IMG/VR virus record: IMGVR_UViG_3300027571_000752
Location: 1 to 24,153 of that record
DNA: 24,153 nt
DNA from: a virus
Lineage: Duplodnaviria; Caudoviricetes
Direction: 5' to 3' (one strand)
The position numbers and the translations under genes were made by a program. Under the pieces are notes generated by a model that did not search any database, was not told the origin of the DNA, and worked only from the letters and a program-made list of their open reading frames with translations. Shown here piece after piece: positions 1 through 9,577 of the stretch (its first letter is position 1; every line of letters begins with the position of its first letter).

Positions 1-86
1 GTGCGAGTGCGGATATATTGGTGCTGATGTCCTAGTTTACTAGTTCTTGTATAAGTCTTAGCATCACATTCCTCGTATAGATACAT
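1..86 (-). CDS. Partial (runs off left edge) phage hypothetical protein, divergent from the structural module
   Basis: The reverse complement from ATG at 86 reads MYLYEECDAKTYTRTSKLGHQHQYIRTR with no stop before the edge. A minus-strand TAAATA (92-97) precedes it. Not in the ORF track because it is truncated. Confidence 0.7.
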   Translation of the reverse strand, partial: MYLYEECDAKTYTRTSKLGHQHQYIRTR

Positions 87-91
87 GTAAC

Positions 92-97
92 TATTTA
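92..97 (-). promoter_or_regulatory. T4-late-like promoter core (TAAATA) for the divergent minus-strand gene
   Basis: TATTTA at 92-97 is TAAATA on the minus strand, 5 nt upstream of ATG 86. It resembles the T4 gp55 late consensus TATAAATA. Confidence 0.55.
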
Positions 98-119
98 CAT
101 TAAGGTTATAAAAATATAC

Positions 120-127
120 GATAAATA
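120..127 (+). promoter_or_regulatory. T4-late-like promoter (GATAAATA) upstream of the erpA-like gene and giant fibre gene
   Basis: 7/8 match to TATAAATA, followed by SD-like AAGGA and ATG 143. Confidence 0.6.
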
Positions 128-142
128 TTCGAAAGGATTAAA

Positions 143-496
143 ATGATCGCACTATCTGACTCAGCAATTGTTAAAATTAAAGATTTAATCGCAGAAGAAA
201 CTAATTCTAATTTAAAACTGCGTGTATTTGTTCAAGGCGGCGGGTGTTCTGGATTTAGTTACGGATTTACATTCGACGAAGTTGAAAACGAAGATGACTT
301 TATCGTACACGAATCGGGAGTATCTTTACTAGTGGATTCTATGAGTATGCAATACTTAAACGGCGCCACTATAGATTACAAAGAAACATTGATGGAATCT
401 AGTTTTACAATTTTAAATCCAAATGCAACAACTACCTGCGGGTGCGGTTCTAGTTTTTCAATGGCTGATGATTACTTCGATCATCTAGGGGAATAA
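143..496 (+). CDS. erpA: A-type iron-sulfur cluster carrier/insertion protein (ErpA/IscA/HesB family), phage auxiliary gene
   Basis: Signature motifs [39 protein letters not shown] and [14 protein letters not shown] supply the three conserved Cys. SD AAGGA upstream. Confidence 0.92.
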   Translation: MIALSDSAIVKIKDLIAEETNSNLKLRVFVQGGGCSGFSYGFTFDEVENEDDFIVHESGVSLLVDSMSMQYLNGATIDYKETLMESSFTILNPNATTTCGCGSSFSMADDYFDHLGE

Positions 497-497
497 T

Positions 498-3400
498 ATG
501 GCAAGACAGAGTATTGATATCGGTGTACAAGGAAATGACGGAACAGGCGACAGTATTCGCGAATCGTTTCGTAAAGTAAATGAAAATTTTGTCCAGCTCT
601 TTGCTGTTTTTGGTCAAGGGGACACTATTAGTTTTACAGATCTAGATGATACCCCAGAAACCTATGGCTCGGATCAAGTTATTGTATCTAATACCGACGG
701 CGATGCGTTGGTTGCTAAAAATCTTGTTGGCGGTGAAGGTATTGCTGTTGACCATAGCGATGAAAACGAAATTCGTATTATCAGCACAGGCGGAAAGCTA
801 GCTAACGATGTTGCCCCTAACTTAGGCGGACATTTAAATGCACAAAATTTCAGTATCGGTAATTTAGCAGAGCCTACAGACGAAACTGCTGCATTGTTCA
901 ATGATTTACACGATACTAGTATAACAGCAGACCAATTAGTAATTACTAGAGGATATGCAGACCAGCGTTATCTACAAGCTAGTGGTGGGCCAGGAACCGG
1001 TAGTCAAATTCGTGTTAGAGATGAGCCGGTAGATTCGAATGAATATACTATTGCAATCAGTAATTGGACTAGCGGTTATGCTTTGATACCGGCTCACGGA
1101 TTTAATAGCGGAAGTAACGGTATAAGTTACAAATACTATATCACAGGTACTGTTCCGGCAACCGGATTAACTATAAGCCCAGTTACAACGTATTATCTAC
1201 ACTACATCGACAAAGACAGGATGAGTGTCCATCCGACACGAGAAGATGCCATTGCCGGAACCAATAGAATTTTTGTTAACATAGATCCGGAGATTAATTC
1301 AATTCTTAGAGGTATTGAAACTTTTGTTGATGCAAGTTACGATCCTACTCTCGAAGGAAATTGGGTCAGTAATGAAGCACTACCTCGAAAGAGTGTTGTT
1401 CGTCGTCAAGGCGACACAATGGACGGCACACTAATGTTATCTGATCATCCAGGCACATTGGCTGGTGCCGGTAGTCCTAACGGTGCTGATGATTTGCAAG
1501 CTGCAACAAAATACTATGTAGACAACAGCTCGTTTGCAAGTGCTGTTAATTTATTTGTAGCAATGAACGGCGATGATTTACAAGAATTTACACCAGCAGG
1601 GAAAGAAGGTCGTGCATTTGCTTATGCATTTGCTACCTTAAATGCAGCTTGCCGAAAAGCAGAACAACTGGTAATTGATAGTTTATCAGAACCCGGTCCG
1701 TATAGGCAGGCATTGATGTATGGAAATTATACAAACCCTGCATACTTGTATAGTTTTAGCACAGGTATTGGTGCTAGAAGAACACTTAATGTGTTTAGTA
1801 ACGGGGTTGGCGTTGACCAAAGTAAAGATGTTAATAATAGAGATCTAAGAGAAGGCAGTATTATTAAGGGATTGTATAGCGGTGCAACAGGAAAAGTTAT
1901 TACTTACAGTCCCCCTAGTGGATTAAATGATTCTTACGTAATTGAATTATTACATGCTAATACTGATATCACAACATTCCAAAGTGACCATGTTCGAGCA
2001 TCTGCTAAACTATTGAACAACAAAGCATTTATTGCAGCAGAGATTGTAGAGTATATTAAAGCAAAATATCCTAGCCTAGTGTTCAACGAAACAAAATGTA
2101 ATAGAGATGCGGGACTAATTGTTGATGCTATTGCTTTCGATATTAAGTACGGCGGAAACAAACAATCAATTGTGGCAGGGCGTGCATATTGGAATGGCGT
2201 AGTTAGTGTTTTACCGTTGGATCAACGAAGTCAGACAATAGACGGCATTAATTATATTAATTTACTAGCACAAGATATTATCGATAATGTTGTTATTAGT
2301 GCTGCTGTAGGTATTGGGTATGGTAGAAGAACTAGTGCCATTGATTATCCACAATACTCATCAGGTGAAGCAGGAGAATCCGGAAGTGATACTTCAATTG
2401 CAAGATTGGTAGAAAGTATTGTTAATATTGTGGAAAATGGTGAGTACGGAGACGGTACCTATTCGGAATTTATCACCGGTGAACCTTTAGAATTTGGTCA
2501 ACTTATTCCAGAACTGCATATTACTATTCGTGTTGAAAGTGGTATTTATTATGAGCAGTTGCCTATTAGAGTTCCAACTAATGTCTCTATTAGAGGGGAC
2601 GAATTCCGCAGAACAATTATTCGACCTGCACCGGGCGTAAGTACTAGTCCGTGGGCTAGTCTTTATTTTTACAGAGATAGCACATTTGACGGCTTAACTA
2701 GAACCTATGTTGGGACAGCAGCTTCTTCTAGTTATATTGCTCCAGGTGTTGATCCTTTAAACGAGGCAGGATATTATAAAGTTACTCTAGCAGATACTAC
2801 CGGCGTAGAAGTAGGCATGTATCTTTATGTAACTAGTGGTACAGGTATCTTTGCACCGACAACGCAAGTTACTAGAATAATTAGCACTACTGAATTTGAA
2901 ATTAACGAACAACCAATTATTACACTTTCAGGCGCTACTGTAAGAGGTTTAAATTCCTCTGGCCTAGCACCAGAAGGATCTAATTTTGGATATCATTACT
3001 TAACAGACCCAACAGGCGTAAGTGGTATTTTTGATGATACTATTACTAAAACTTCAGGAAATACAAATGCTGCTGCATTGCTAGCTGCTGCTAAATCATC
3101 AATACAAAGTGGAGTCATTTCTTATATTAACTCCACTTACCCCGAACTAGATTACAACGAAACGTTGTGTAGTCGAGATGTAGGTTATATTGTTGACGCA
3201 ATCACTAACGACTTAATACTAGGAGGTGTTCATAGAACTATTGCGGCTGGTGAGGCATACTATAGAAATACCAGTTCCGTTATTGCTATCACAACTCAAT
3301 TAACTGAAACATTAGATGGTATTGATAGAATTAATACTCTTGCCCAGGCAATTTTAACAGATCCTAGTGCTGAAAGTAATACAGATTTAATTGTTGCTGA

Positions 3401-6400
3401 TTTAATTGACGGTATTAAAAATATTATAATCCGTACAAATAATCCGCCAAAAGCGAACAAAGATATGGATATGTTCTTGATGAACGACGGTACTATAATA
3501 CGTAACATCACAGGACAAGGTCACGGTGGTTTTATGATGGTGCTCGACCCAGAAGGTCAGATTCAAACTAAATCACCATACTGCCAAACTGCTACAAGTT
3601 TAAGCAGAAGTACGAATTCTCGTAGATTCTCGGGCGGCATGTTTGTCGACGGGTTCAGCGGAAACTTACCTGCAAGAATTGCAGGTAAAAATAGTAACAC
3701 TGAATTAATTTTAGATGGTTTAATTGTAAGAGCTCCATTAGTTCCTAACAGTTTTTATATTGCAGGAGTGCGTTATCAATTAAACGCAGTTGAAGATTAT
3801 GATCGTTCTGCAGGAACTTGTAGAATTTTACTAGACGAGTCAACTCCGTATACTGCTGCTTTTAGTTCGCCAATTGATATTATTATCGAAACTGCTGGTA
3901 ACAGAAGTATGTTGTCTAATGACTATACACAAGTTAACGACTTAGGATACGGATTAGTAACTACAAATAACGGTATCAGTGAAGCAGTATCGTTGTTTAC
4001 ATACTACAATTGGGTTAGTTATTTTGCCAACAACGGCGGACAAATTCGTTCAGTGAGCGGTTCGAGTTGTAATGGTGTGTATGGTTTAAAATCTTCTGGG
4101 TCAGATCCAAATGAAGTCCCCGATCCTGTTGTACTCGGCGATACTATGGTACAATCTGCTAAGGTTTATAAACGAGATGCTTTTGCTAGTAAAAACGTTG
4201 CTGATGATCAAAGTATCTATGTAGATTTTTACTCGTATGCTAGTGGCACTACTGAGCCTGCAATTTATAATGTTAGTGAGATCGAAATAGATCACTCTAA
4301 TACTAAATCTTCATTAGTTACTAATACCCCAACTTTACCTAACAATGTAACAATTGCTAACGCTGGCACAGGGTATAATGTAAACGAATTTGTTCAAGTC
4401 GACGGCGGCACTCTTTATTCAGGCGGTAACAAAACTAGAATCAAAATTATTGCAGTAAACGGTCTAGGTGCAGTAACTGATTTTGAAGTTGTTGATGCAG
4501 GATTATACAGCGTCAATCCGGTAGGCGGGTATCCAACAGTTTACGGTGCATCTATTACAACCACTGCTGAATCAGGCGGCGGAACTAATTTTAGAATTGC
4601 CGGTACTTATCTAGGAGATTTTAGTAGGTACGAAGTTTCTAATTTAGAAACTACATCGAGCTATGGTGTCGGTATGGATAGCCTTGGTGGTATAGTCTAT
4701 TCTCCCGGTTCTTTTGTAATCGGACAATCATATATTATTACATCATTAGGAGGCAGTCCAAATTTTACAGCAATTGGTGCTAGCGCCAATGCTATTGGTG
4801 TAGTGTTTACTGCTATCGGCAGTGGAACGGGATCAGGTACTGCAAGTATCTCTAGACGAGTACTAAAGTTAAATTTAAACAGCTCGAGTGGTTCTGGATT
4901 ACTAGCACCGTTAGAAGACGAGCAAATTATTGTTATTCGAGGTTTGCAAAACTTTAGATTTACAGGAGTAGAGCGTGTAAGACCAGTTCGCCCAAGCACT
5001 GCTTTAGAATTTACATCTTCTTCTGAAGCAGGATCTGTTTACAGAACGCTTGCTTACAATTTATCTTACCCCACAGGAGCATCACTGTTATCTTCTAAGT
5101 CAATTAGTTTTGTTGCAAGAGTTGGTAGTACTGCTACTGTTACAACATCCACTAATCACGGATTATCAAGTGGAGATTACGTGACCGTTGTGTGTACTAG
5201 TAACAGTTCGTTCGATGCAACTGCTGTGCCTGTAACAGTAACTGGTGTACAAACTTTTACATATCTAAGTTCAGGAACCACATTAACAACTACTGCTGCT
5301 ACAGGAACTGTTACTTTTGGCAATCAAGCTGTACTAACATTCGACAATAGTTATGATCATACAATTGTACAAACAGAGCCTAGTAATATTTCAGCAGGGT
5401 ACGGATTATCAGTTGGAGATACTAAGATAGCTGTTGCTGCATTAACTAGCACATCAACTATTGCAAAGTTAAATTCTGGTACTACAGTATTTTGCTGGGC
5501 TGGTGCAATGCATAGAATTACCGGATATGTTGTAAGTCCAGTTCCGCATATTACGTTTGTTGATATTGCAACAGGTAGCGGAAGTATTGTTAGCGGTTCT
5601 GGATTAAGACAAGGATTTAATATTGTAACATCTGTAACATTGCGTTCTAGCTTACAAGCAGGCGAGCAAGCAGAAATTACAGTTAATATTTCAACATGTC
5701 GTGCAACCGGTCATGATTTCTTAGATGTTGGTAGTGGTGGATATAACAATACCAACTATCCAAACAACTTATTAGGTGCTCCTGCACAAACACCTAGTAG
5801 ATCTAACGAAGTGATTGAAGAAACTCAAGGACGGGTATTCTATGTAAGTACAGACCAATTTGGTATTTTCCGTGTTGGTAAGTTCTTTACTGTAGACCAG
5901 GGTACAGGCAGCGTCACATTTGCAGCAAGTATTGCATTAAGCAACTTGGATGGTTTAGGATTTAAGAAAGGTACAGTCGTTAAGGAATTCTCAACTGATA
6001 ACACTATGACTGACAATGCCGATGACGCAGTTCCGGTTGAAAGTGCTGTTCGTGGATATATCGATAAACGATTAGGTGTTACACACACTGGTGCAACGGT
6101 AGCACTATCAGATAGAATTCCAGCATTAACTGGTGGTTTCTTACCTGTTAGTGGAAGCCCGACACTAGAGTCTGACCTAAGCATGGGTTCCGTAACTCCG
6201 CATAGGATTACAAATCTAACTTACAATCCTGCAAGTTCGACCGATGCGTCTACTATAGGATACGTTAATACACAAGTTGGACTGCGAGACAGCTTTTATA
6301 AATTAAAAGAAGTGAATGTAATGACTCCAGCAGCCGGAGACTTAGTTGCATTTACAGGTGCTGGCAAGAGTGTTATTAGCACTACTATAGAAGGAGACAT

Positions 6401-8072
6401 CGGAGTCACACTAACTAGTGTAGCTACTTCAACGCTAGTGGGTGGCAGATCAACTCCTGGCAGTACTGACACTGGAATTTTAGATGCAACTGGCGTTTCA
6501 GTTGCATATGGTATTGAAATTGCAGATGCTAGCACGTTCCCAGATCCAGGCGGAAGTTATACTGCATATATTCAAATAGGTACTGAAATTCTTTCATACA
6601 CTGAAATAACAGGTAATATATTAGAAAATATCACAAGAAGCAATTTTACAACTATTGCTGCGGCACACTCTTCGGGTGCCGGAGTTATGAGTTTAGATTT
6701 GTCAAGATTAAACTTACAAATTCAAGCAGGTGCAATTGATAATAACGATATTAGTGCAACAGCAGCTATTGCGCAAAGTAAACTGGCAATGAATGCCGCA
6801 ACTACTCGTGCTAACGCAACTGGTATCACACAAGCAGATAGAGGACTTGCAAGTTTCGATAGTGCTAACTTTGTAGTTACAGACGGCTGGGTAGGAATTA
6901 AAGCTGGTGGTATTGCACTTGGTGAAATTCAAGACATCGCTGCTGGCAGCATTCTTGGTAATTTAACTGGTAGTGCCGCAGCTCCGCAAGAAGTTACAAC
7001 TAGCGGCATTGTACAAAACGGTATTAATTCATTGTTCACTACTATCGATGCTGGCAGTAATGTGTTGACTCGAAGAGTTAATAGTTTAAAAGGGGCAACT
7101 ACATTTACTAACCTAGTTGGGACGCCCATTGCAGGTAGTGGAACATTAACTAATATTCCAGTTTCGAATATTAGCGGAACAGGAAATGGTGCTCTTGTTA
7201 CAGTGGCCTTTAGCGGAGGTTCGTATACCGGTGTTGCTGTAACCTATGGCGGTAATGGGTATGCAGAAGGCGACGAGCTGTATATCCCGGGAACATTGCT
7301 AGGCGGAGCAAGCCCAGCAAATGACTATAGTTTCACTGTGCAAGTAACAGGTTCAAACATAGATACCGAAGTTTATTTAGGTATAGAGCGAGTAAGCGCG
7401 ATTGGTGAGATTAACAGTATTGTAAAAACTGATTACCTAGGAAACTTAGGTAATGTAGCTAATAAATTTAATAACATTTACTCTACAACATTTACCGGAG
7501 CATTATCAGGAAATGCCGCAACTGCAACTACTGCTACAAACTTAGCAGGAACTGATATAGGAGGTATTCCGTATCAGAGTGCAAGTAATACTACTACTAT
7601 TCTTGCAGCAGGTACTAGCGGGCGCTATCTAAAAACGCAAGGTCCTGGAAATCCACCAACATGGAGTGAGTTGGTTATTCCAGACGGAAGTGCTGAAAAC
7701 CTAACTGGTACATTCATTAATTCCGGTGTAACAGGATCTAGTCTAGTTACATTCGGTGATTTAACAAGAAGAAGTGTTAGTGATGCTGTAGCAGCAGCCG
7801 GAACTACCCAAGCTGGCGCGACATTGTTAACTAAAGAAATTAATATTATTTCTACAGGTAGTGGAGGAGTTAAGTTGCCAGTTGCACTGGCAGGTTATAG
7901 AATTATTATTAGAAATAACTTAGGTGCAACAATTAATGTGTATCCAAATACTGGAGCACAAATTGCTAACAACGGAGCTAATGCAGCAGTAACGCTTGAT
8001 CCGGATGCAGCACTTGAATATTTTGCTACAAGTGCTACTCAATGGTATAACTTGAACGCTACATTTGCATAA
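498..8072 (+). CDS. Giant (2524 aa) tail fibre/tailspike-like virion protein with gp9/gp10-like N-terminus, interrupted pectin-lyase-like beta-helix and many inserted modules
   Basis: N-terminus IDIGVQGNDGTGDSIRESFRKVNENF resembles T4 gp10. Beta-helix-type motifs: LFVAMNGDD..AFATLNAAC, TIRVESGIYYEQLPIRVPTNVSIRGDEFRRTIIRP, MFLMNDGTIIRNIT. Fibre-type AATKYYVD motif and G/T/S-rich composition. Confidence 0.75.
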   Translation: MARQSIDIGVQGNDGTGDSIRESFRKVNENFVQLFAVFGQGDTISFTDLDDTPETYGSDQVIVSNTDGDALVAKNLVGGEGIAVDHSDENEIRIISTGGKLANDVAPNLGGHLNAQNFSIGNLAEPTDETAALFNDLHDTSITADQLVITRGYADQRYLQASGGPGTGSQIRVRDEPVDSNEYTIAISNWTSGYALIPAHGFNSGSNGISYKYYITGTVPATGLTISPVTTYYLHYIDKDRMSVHPTREDAIAGTNRIFVNIDPEINSILRGIETFVDASYDPTLEGNWVSNEALPRKSVVRRQGDTMDGTLMLSDHPGTLAGAGSPNGADDLQAATKYYVDNSSFASAVNLFVAMNGDDLQEFTPAGKEGRAFAYAFATLNAACRKAEQLVIDSLSEPGPYRQALMYGNYTNPAYLYSFSTGIGARRTLNVFSNGVGVDQSKDVNNRDLREGSIIKGLYSGATGKVITYSPPSGLNDSYVIELLHANTDITTFQSDHVRASAKLLNNKAFIAAEIVEYIKAKYPSLVFNETKCNRDAGLIVDAIAFDIKYGGNKQSIVAGRAYWNGVVSVLPLDQRSQTIDGINYINLLAQDIIDNVVISAAVGIGYGRRTSAIDYPQYSSGEAGESGSDTSIARLVESIVNIVENGEYGDGTYSEFITGEPLEFGQLIPELHITIRVESGIYYEQLPIRVPTNVSIRGDEFRRTIIRPAPGVSTSPWASLYFYRDSTFDGLTRTYVGTAASSSYIAPGVDPLNEAGYYKVTLADTTGVEVGMYLYVTSGTGIFAPTTQVTRIISTTEFEINEQPIITLSGATVRGLNSSGLAPEGSNFGYHYLTDPTGVSGIFDDTITKTSGNTNAAALLAAAKSSIQSGVISYINSTYPELDYNETLCSRDVGYIVDAITNDLILGGVHRTIAAGEAYYRNTSSVIAITTQLTETLDGIDRINTLAQAILTDPSAESNTDLIVADLIDGIKNIIIRTNNPPKANKDMDMFLMNDGTIIRNITGQGHGGFMMVLDPEGQIQTKSPYCQTATSLSRSTNSRRFSGGMFVDGFSGNLPARIAGKNSNTELILDGLIVRAPLVPNSFYIAGVRYQLNAVEDYDRSAGTCRILLDESTPYTAAFSSPIDIIIETAGNRSMLSNDYTQVNDLGYGLVTTNNGISEAVSLFTYYNWVSYFANNGGQIRSVSGSSCNGVYGLKSSGSDPNEVPDPVVLGDTMVQSAKVYKRDAFASKNVADDQSIYVDFYSYASGTTEPAIYNVSEIEIDHSNTKSSLVTNTPTLPNNVTIANAGTGYNVNEFVQVDGGTLYSGGNKTRIKIIAVNGLGAVTDFEVVDAGLYSVNPVGGYPTVYGASITTTAESGGGTNFRIAGTYLGDFSRYEVSNLETTSSYGVGMDSLGGIVYSPGSFVIGQSYIITSLGGSPNFTAIGASANAIGVVFTAIGSGTGSGTASISRRVLKLNLNSSSGSGLLAPLEDEQIIVIRGLQNFRFTGVERVRPVRPSTALEFTSSSEAGSVYRTLAYNLSYPTGASLLSSKSISFVARVGSTATVTTSTNHGLSSGDYVTVVCTSNSSFDATAVPVTVTGVQTFTYLSSGTTLTTTAATGTVTFGNQAVLTFDNSYDHTIVQTEPSNISAGYGLSVGDTKIAVAALTSTSTIAKLNSGTTVFCWAGAMHRITGYVVSPVPHITFVDIATGSGSIVSGSGLRQGFNIVTSVTLRSSLQAGEQAEITVNISTCRATGHDFLDVGSGGYNNTNYPNNLLGAPAQTPSRSNEVIEETQGRVFYVSTDQFGIFRVGKFFTVDQGTGSVTFAASIALSNLDGLGFKKGTVVKEFSTDNTMTDNADDAVPVESAVRGYIDKRLGVTHTGATVALSDRIPALTGGFLPVSGSPTLESDLSMGSVTPHRITNLTYNPASSTDASTIGYVNTQVGLRDSFYKLKEVNVMTPAAGDLVAFTGAGKSVISTTIEGDIGVTLTSVATSTLVGGRSTPGSTDTGILDATGVSVAYGIEIADASTFPDPGGSYTAYIQIGTEILSYTEITGNILENITRSNFTTIAAAHSSGAGVMSLDLSRLNLQIQAGAIDNNDISATAAIAQSKLAMNAATTRANATGITQADRGLASFDSANFVVTDGWVGIKAGGIALGEIQDIAAGSILGNLTGSAAAPQEVTTSGIVQNGINSLFTTIDAGSNVLTRRVNSLKGATTFTNLVGTPIAGSGTLTNIPVSNISGTGNGALVTVAFSGGSYTGVAVTYGGNGYAEGDELYIPGTLLGGASPANDYSFTVQVTGSNIDTEVYLGIERVSAIGEINSIVKTDYLGNLGNVANKFNNIYSTTFTGALSGNAATATTATNLAGTDIGGIPYQSASNTTTILAAGTSGRYLKTQGPGNPPTWSELVIPDGSAENLTGTFINSGVTGSSLVTFGDLTRRSVSDAVAAAGTTQAGATLLTKEINIISTGSGGVKLPVALAGYRIIIRNNLGATINVYPNTGAQIANNGANAAVTLDPDAALEYFATSATQWYNLNATFA
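1989..3434 (+). repeat. Two copies of a ~125-150 aa helical repeat with a C-x-R-D motif (about 1989-2441 and 3060-3434)
   Basis: YIKAKYPSLVFNETKCNRDAGLIVDAIAFDIKYGGNKQSIVAGRAYW aligns without gaps to YINSTYPELDYNETLCSRDVGYIVDAITNDLILGGVHRTIAAGEAYY. Both continue with T(I/L)DGIxxINxLAQ. Confidence 0.85.
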
Positions 8073-8082
8073 GGATTAAGAA

Positions 8083-9510
8083 ATGGCTATTAAAACAATA
8101 AATTTAGGTCTGCCCGATAAGGGTAACGGGGATCCGTTACGTACTGCCTTTGGTAAAATAAACGACAACTTTGCTGAGCTATATGCCAAAGATGCTAGCG
8201 ATGTAAATCTAAGTGCTATTAATTCTAGTCTTATTCCTGACACAAATTTAGCATACGATTTAGGTAGTGAAACAAATCGTTTCCGTGATTTGTATCTAAG
8301 TGGTAGCACTATTGACTTAGGTGGCACTACATTAAGCGTAGTAGGCGGCGAACTACAAATCGGTGGCACTAGTCTTACTGAAACGATAACAGCAGGTCTT
8401 GCTTCTCAAGGTGGGTTAACTTCTACTCTTACTGTAGGTGAAGATTCTCAGACAGGTGGCTTACTATATGACAGTGGTGGCGCTCAATTAATTTCAATAC
8501 AGAATCCAGAAGGCAACTTTAATACACTTACAGCAAGAGCAACGATTGCCGGCGGGCAAGTTATTTTAGAAGCACGAGAAGAAATCAACAGTGATCCGCA
8601 AACAACTGCCTTAGGTCAACTGACTTTAAATACAGGAACGTTTGCTGTTGGTGTAACTACTGGCTTACCCGGTGCTGGTAAAGAAATGATCTTTACTCCG
8701 GACAGTTTGTATTTGCCTGTTCGAATTGAACACGAAACAGACAGCAACTTTGTTATTAGAACTAGTGACTATAATGCAGGCAATCCTATCGTTAATGATT
8801 TTACATTCGGTATTGATGGTAGCTTAACATCGACTACATTTAACGGAACACTAAAAGGCAACGTTGACAAGATTGATGCGTTTACTGTATCTGCTAAACA
8901 AATAGGTGTTGATCAAACGCCAATCATGTGGTCATTTGTTAACACCTACGGCAGCGGACAGACTCTTAGCATACCGCGAGCAGATTGGCCGTTTGTGCTA
9001 TCTGAAACATACGGATGGAATAGTACACAAGTTAATGGTGTTGGTATATTAGATGGTGTATTGCTTGATGACGTTATTATTGACGAAACAGGCGATCCTA
9101 TAACTGTTACAGCGAATATAAACAATGGTTCGTTTATAGAGGGAGAAACTTATACCTTAACGCTAACTGAAGCAATAGTTGTAAGTTCAAGTACACTTAG
9201 TTTATCTACAGACGGTATACTAAGTGTAGACGATGGTTATGGCCGTGTTGTTACAACACATGTAGATACAAATTATCTATGTTTTGATCAATCTGTACAA
9301 ATTGGTGGTGGTGGCACAGGTAATCGACTCTTGCTTGCACATTCTATGGTTGCTATTTTATCTACTGCTCCTGAATCTAGCATAGGATCAGTTGATGATC
9401 TATTAGGTCAAGTAGCGTTCGACGGTACATATATGTATTATTGTACTGCTCCATATGACGGTGTCACAAACATTTGGAAACGAATTACATGGTCAGGTGA
9501 CACTTGGTAA
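8083..9510 (+). CDS. Tail fibre/baseplate-attached structural protein with gp9/gp10-like N-terminal anchor (475 aa)
   Basis: N-terminus INLGLPDKGNGDPLRTAFGKINDNFAELY; fibre motif LIPDTNLAYDLGSETNRFRDLYLSG; C-terminal PESSIG..GQVAFDGTYMYYC..WKRI motif typical of phage fibre ends. SD AAGGA upstream. Confidence 0.7.
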   Translation: MAIKTINLGLPDKGNGDPLRTAFGKINDNFAELYAKDASDVNLSAINSSLIPDTNLAYDLGSETNRFRDLYLSGSTIDLGGTTLSVVGGELQIGGTSLTETITAGLASQGGLTSTLTVGEDSQTGGLLYDSGGAQLISIQNPEGNFNTLTARATIAGGQVILEAREEINSDPQTTALGQLTLNTGTFAVGVTTGLPGAGKEMIFTPDSLYLPVRIEHETDSNFVIRTSDYNAGNPIVNDFTFGIDGSLTSTTFNGTLKGNVDKIDAFTVSAKQIGVDQTPIMWSFVNTYGSGQTLSIPRADWPFVLSETYGWNSTQVNGVGILDGVLLDDVIIDETGDPITVTANINNGSFIEGETYTLTLTEAIVVSSSTLSLSTDGILSVDDGYGRVVTTHVDTNYLCFDQSVQIGGGGTGNRLLLAHSMVAILSTAPESSIGSVDDLLGQVAFDGTYMYYCTAPYDGVTNIWKRITWSGDTW

Positions 9511-9551
9511 TTTATTATAAAACGCCAAAACTACTAAACTATAAACCCTGC

Positions 9552-9557
9552 TAAATA
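9552..9557 (+). promoter_or_regulatory. T4-late-like promoter core (TAAATA)
   Basis: GCTAAATA in the 67-bp intergenic gap, 20 nt upstream of ATG 9578. Confidence 0.55.
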
Positions 9558-9577
9558 TATAAAAGAGAGTTCAACTT

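Noticed and set aside
9511-9550. Rho-independent terminators in the intergenic gaps (also 18776-18795)
   Set aside because: No convincing GC-rich stem-loop followed by a U-tract.
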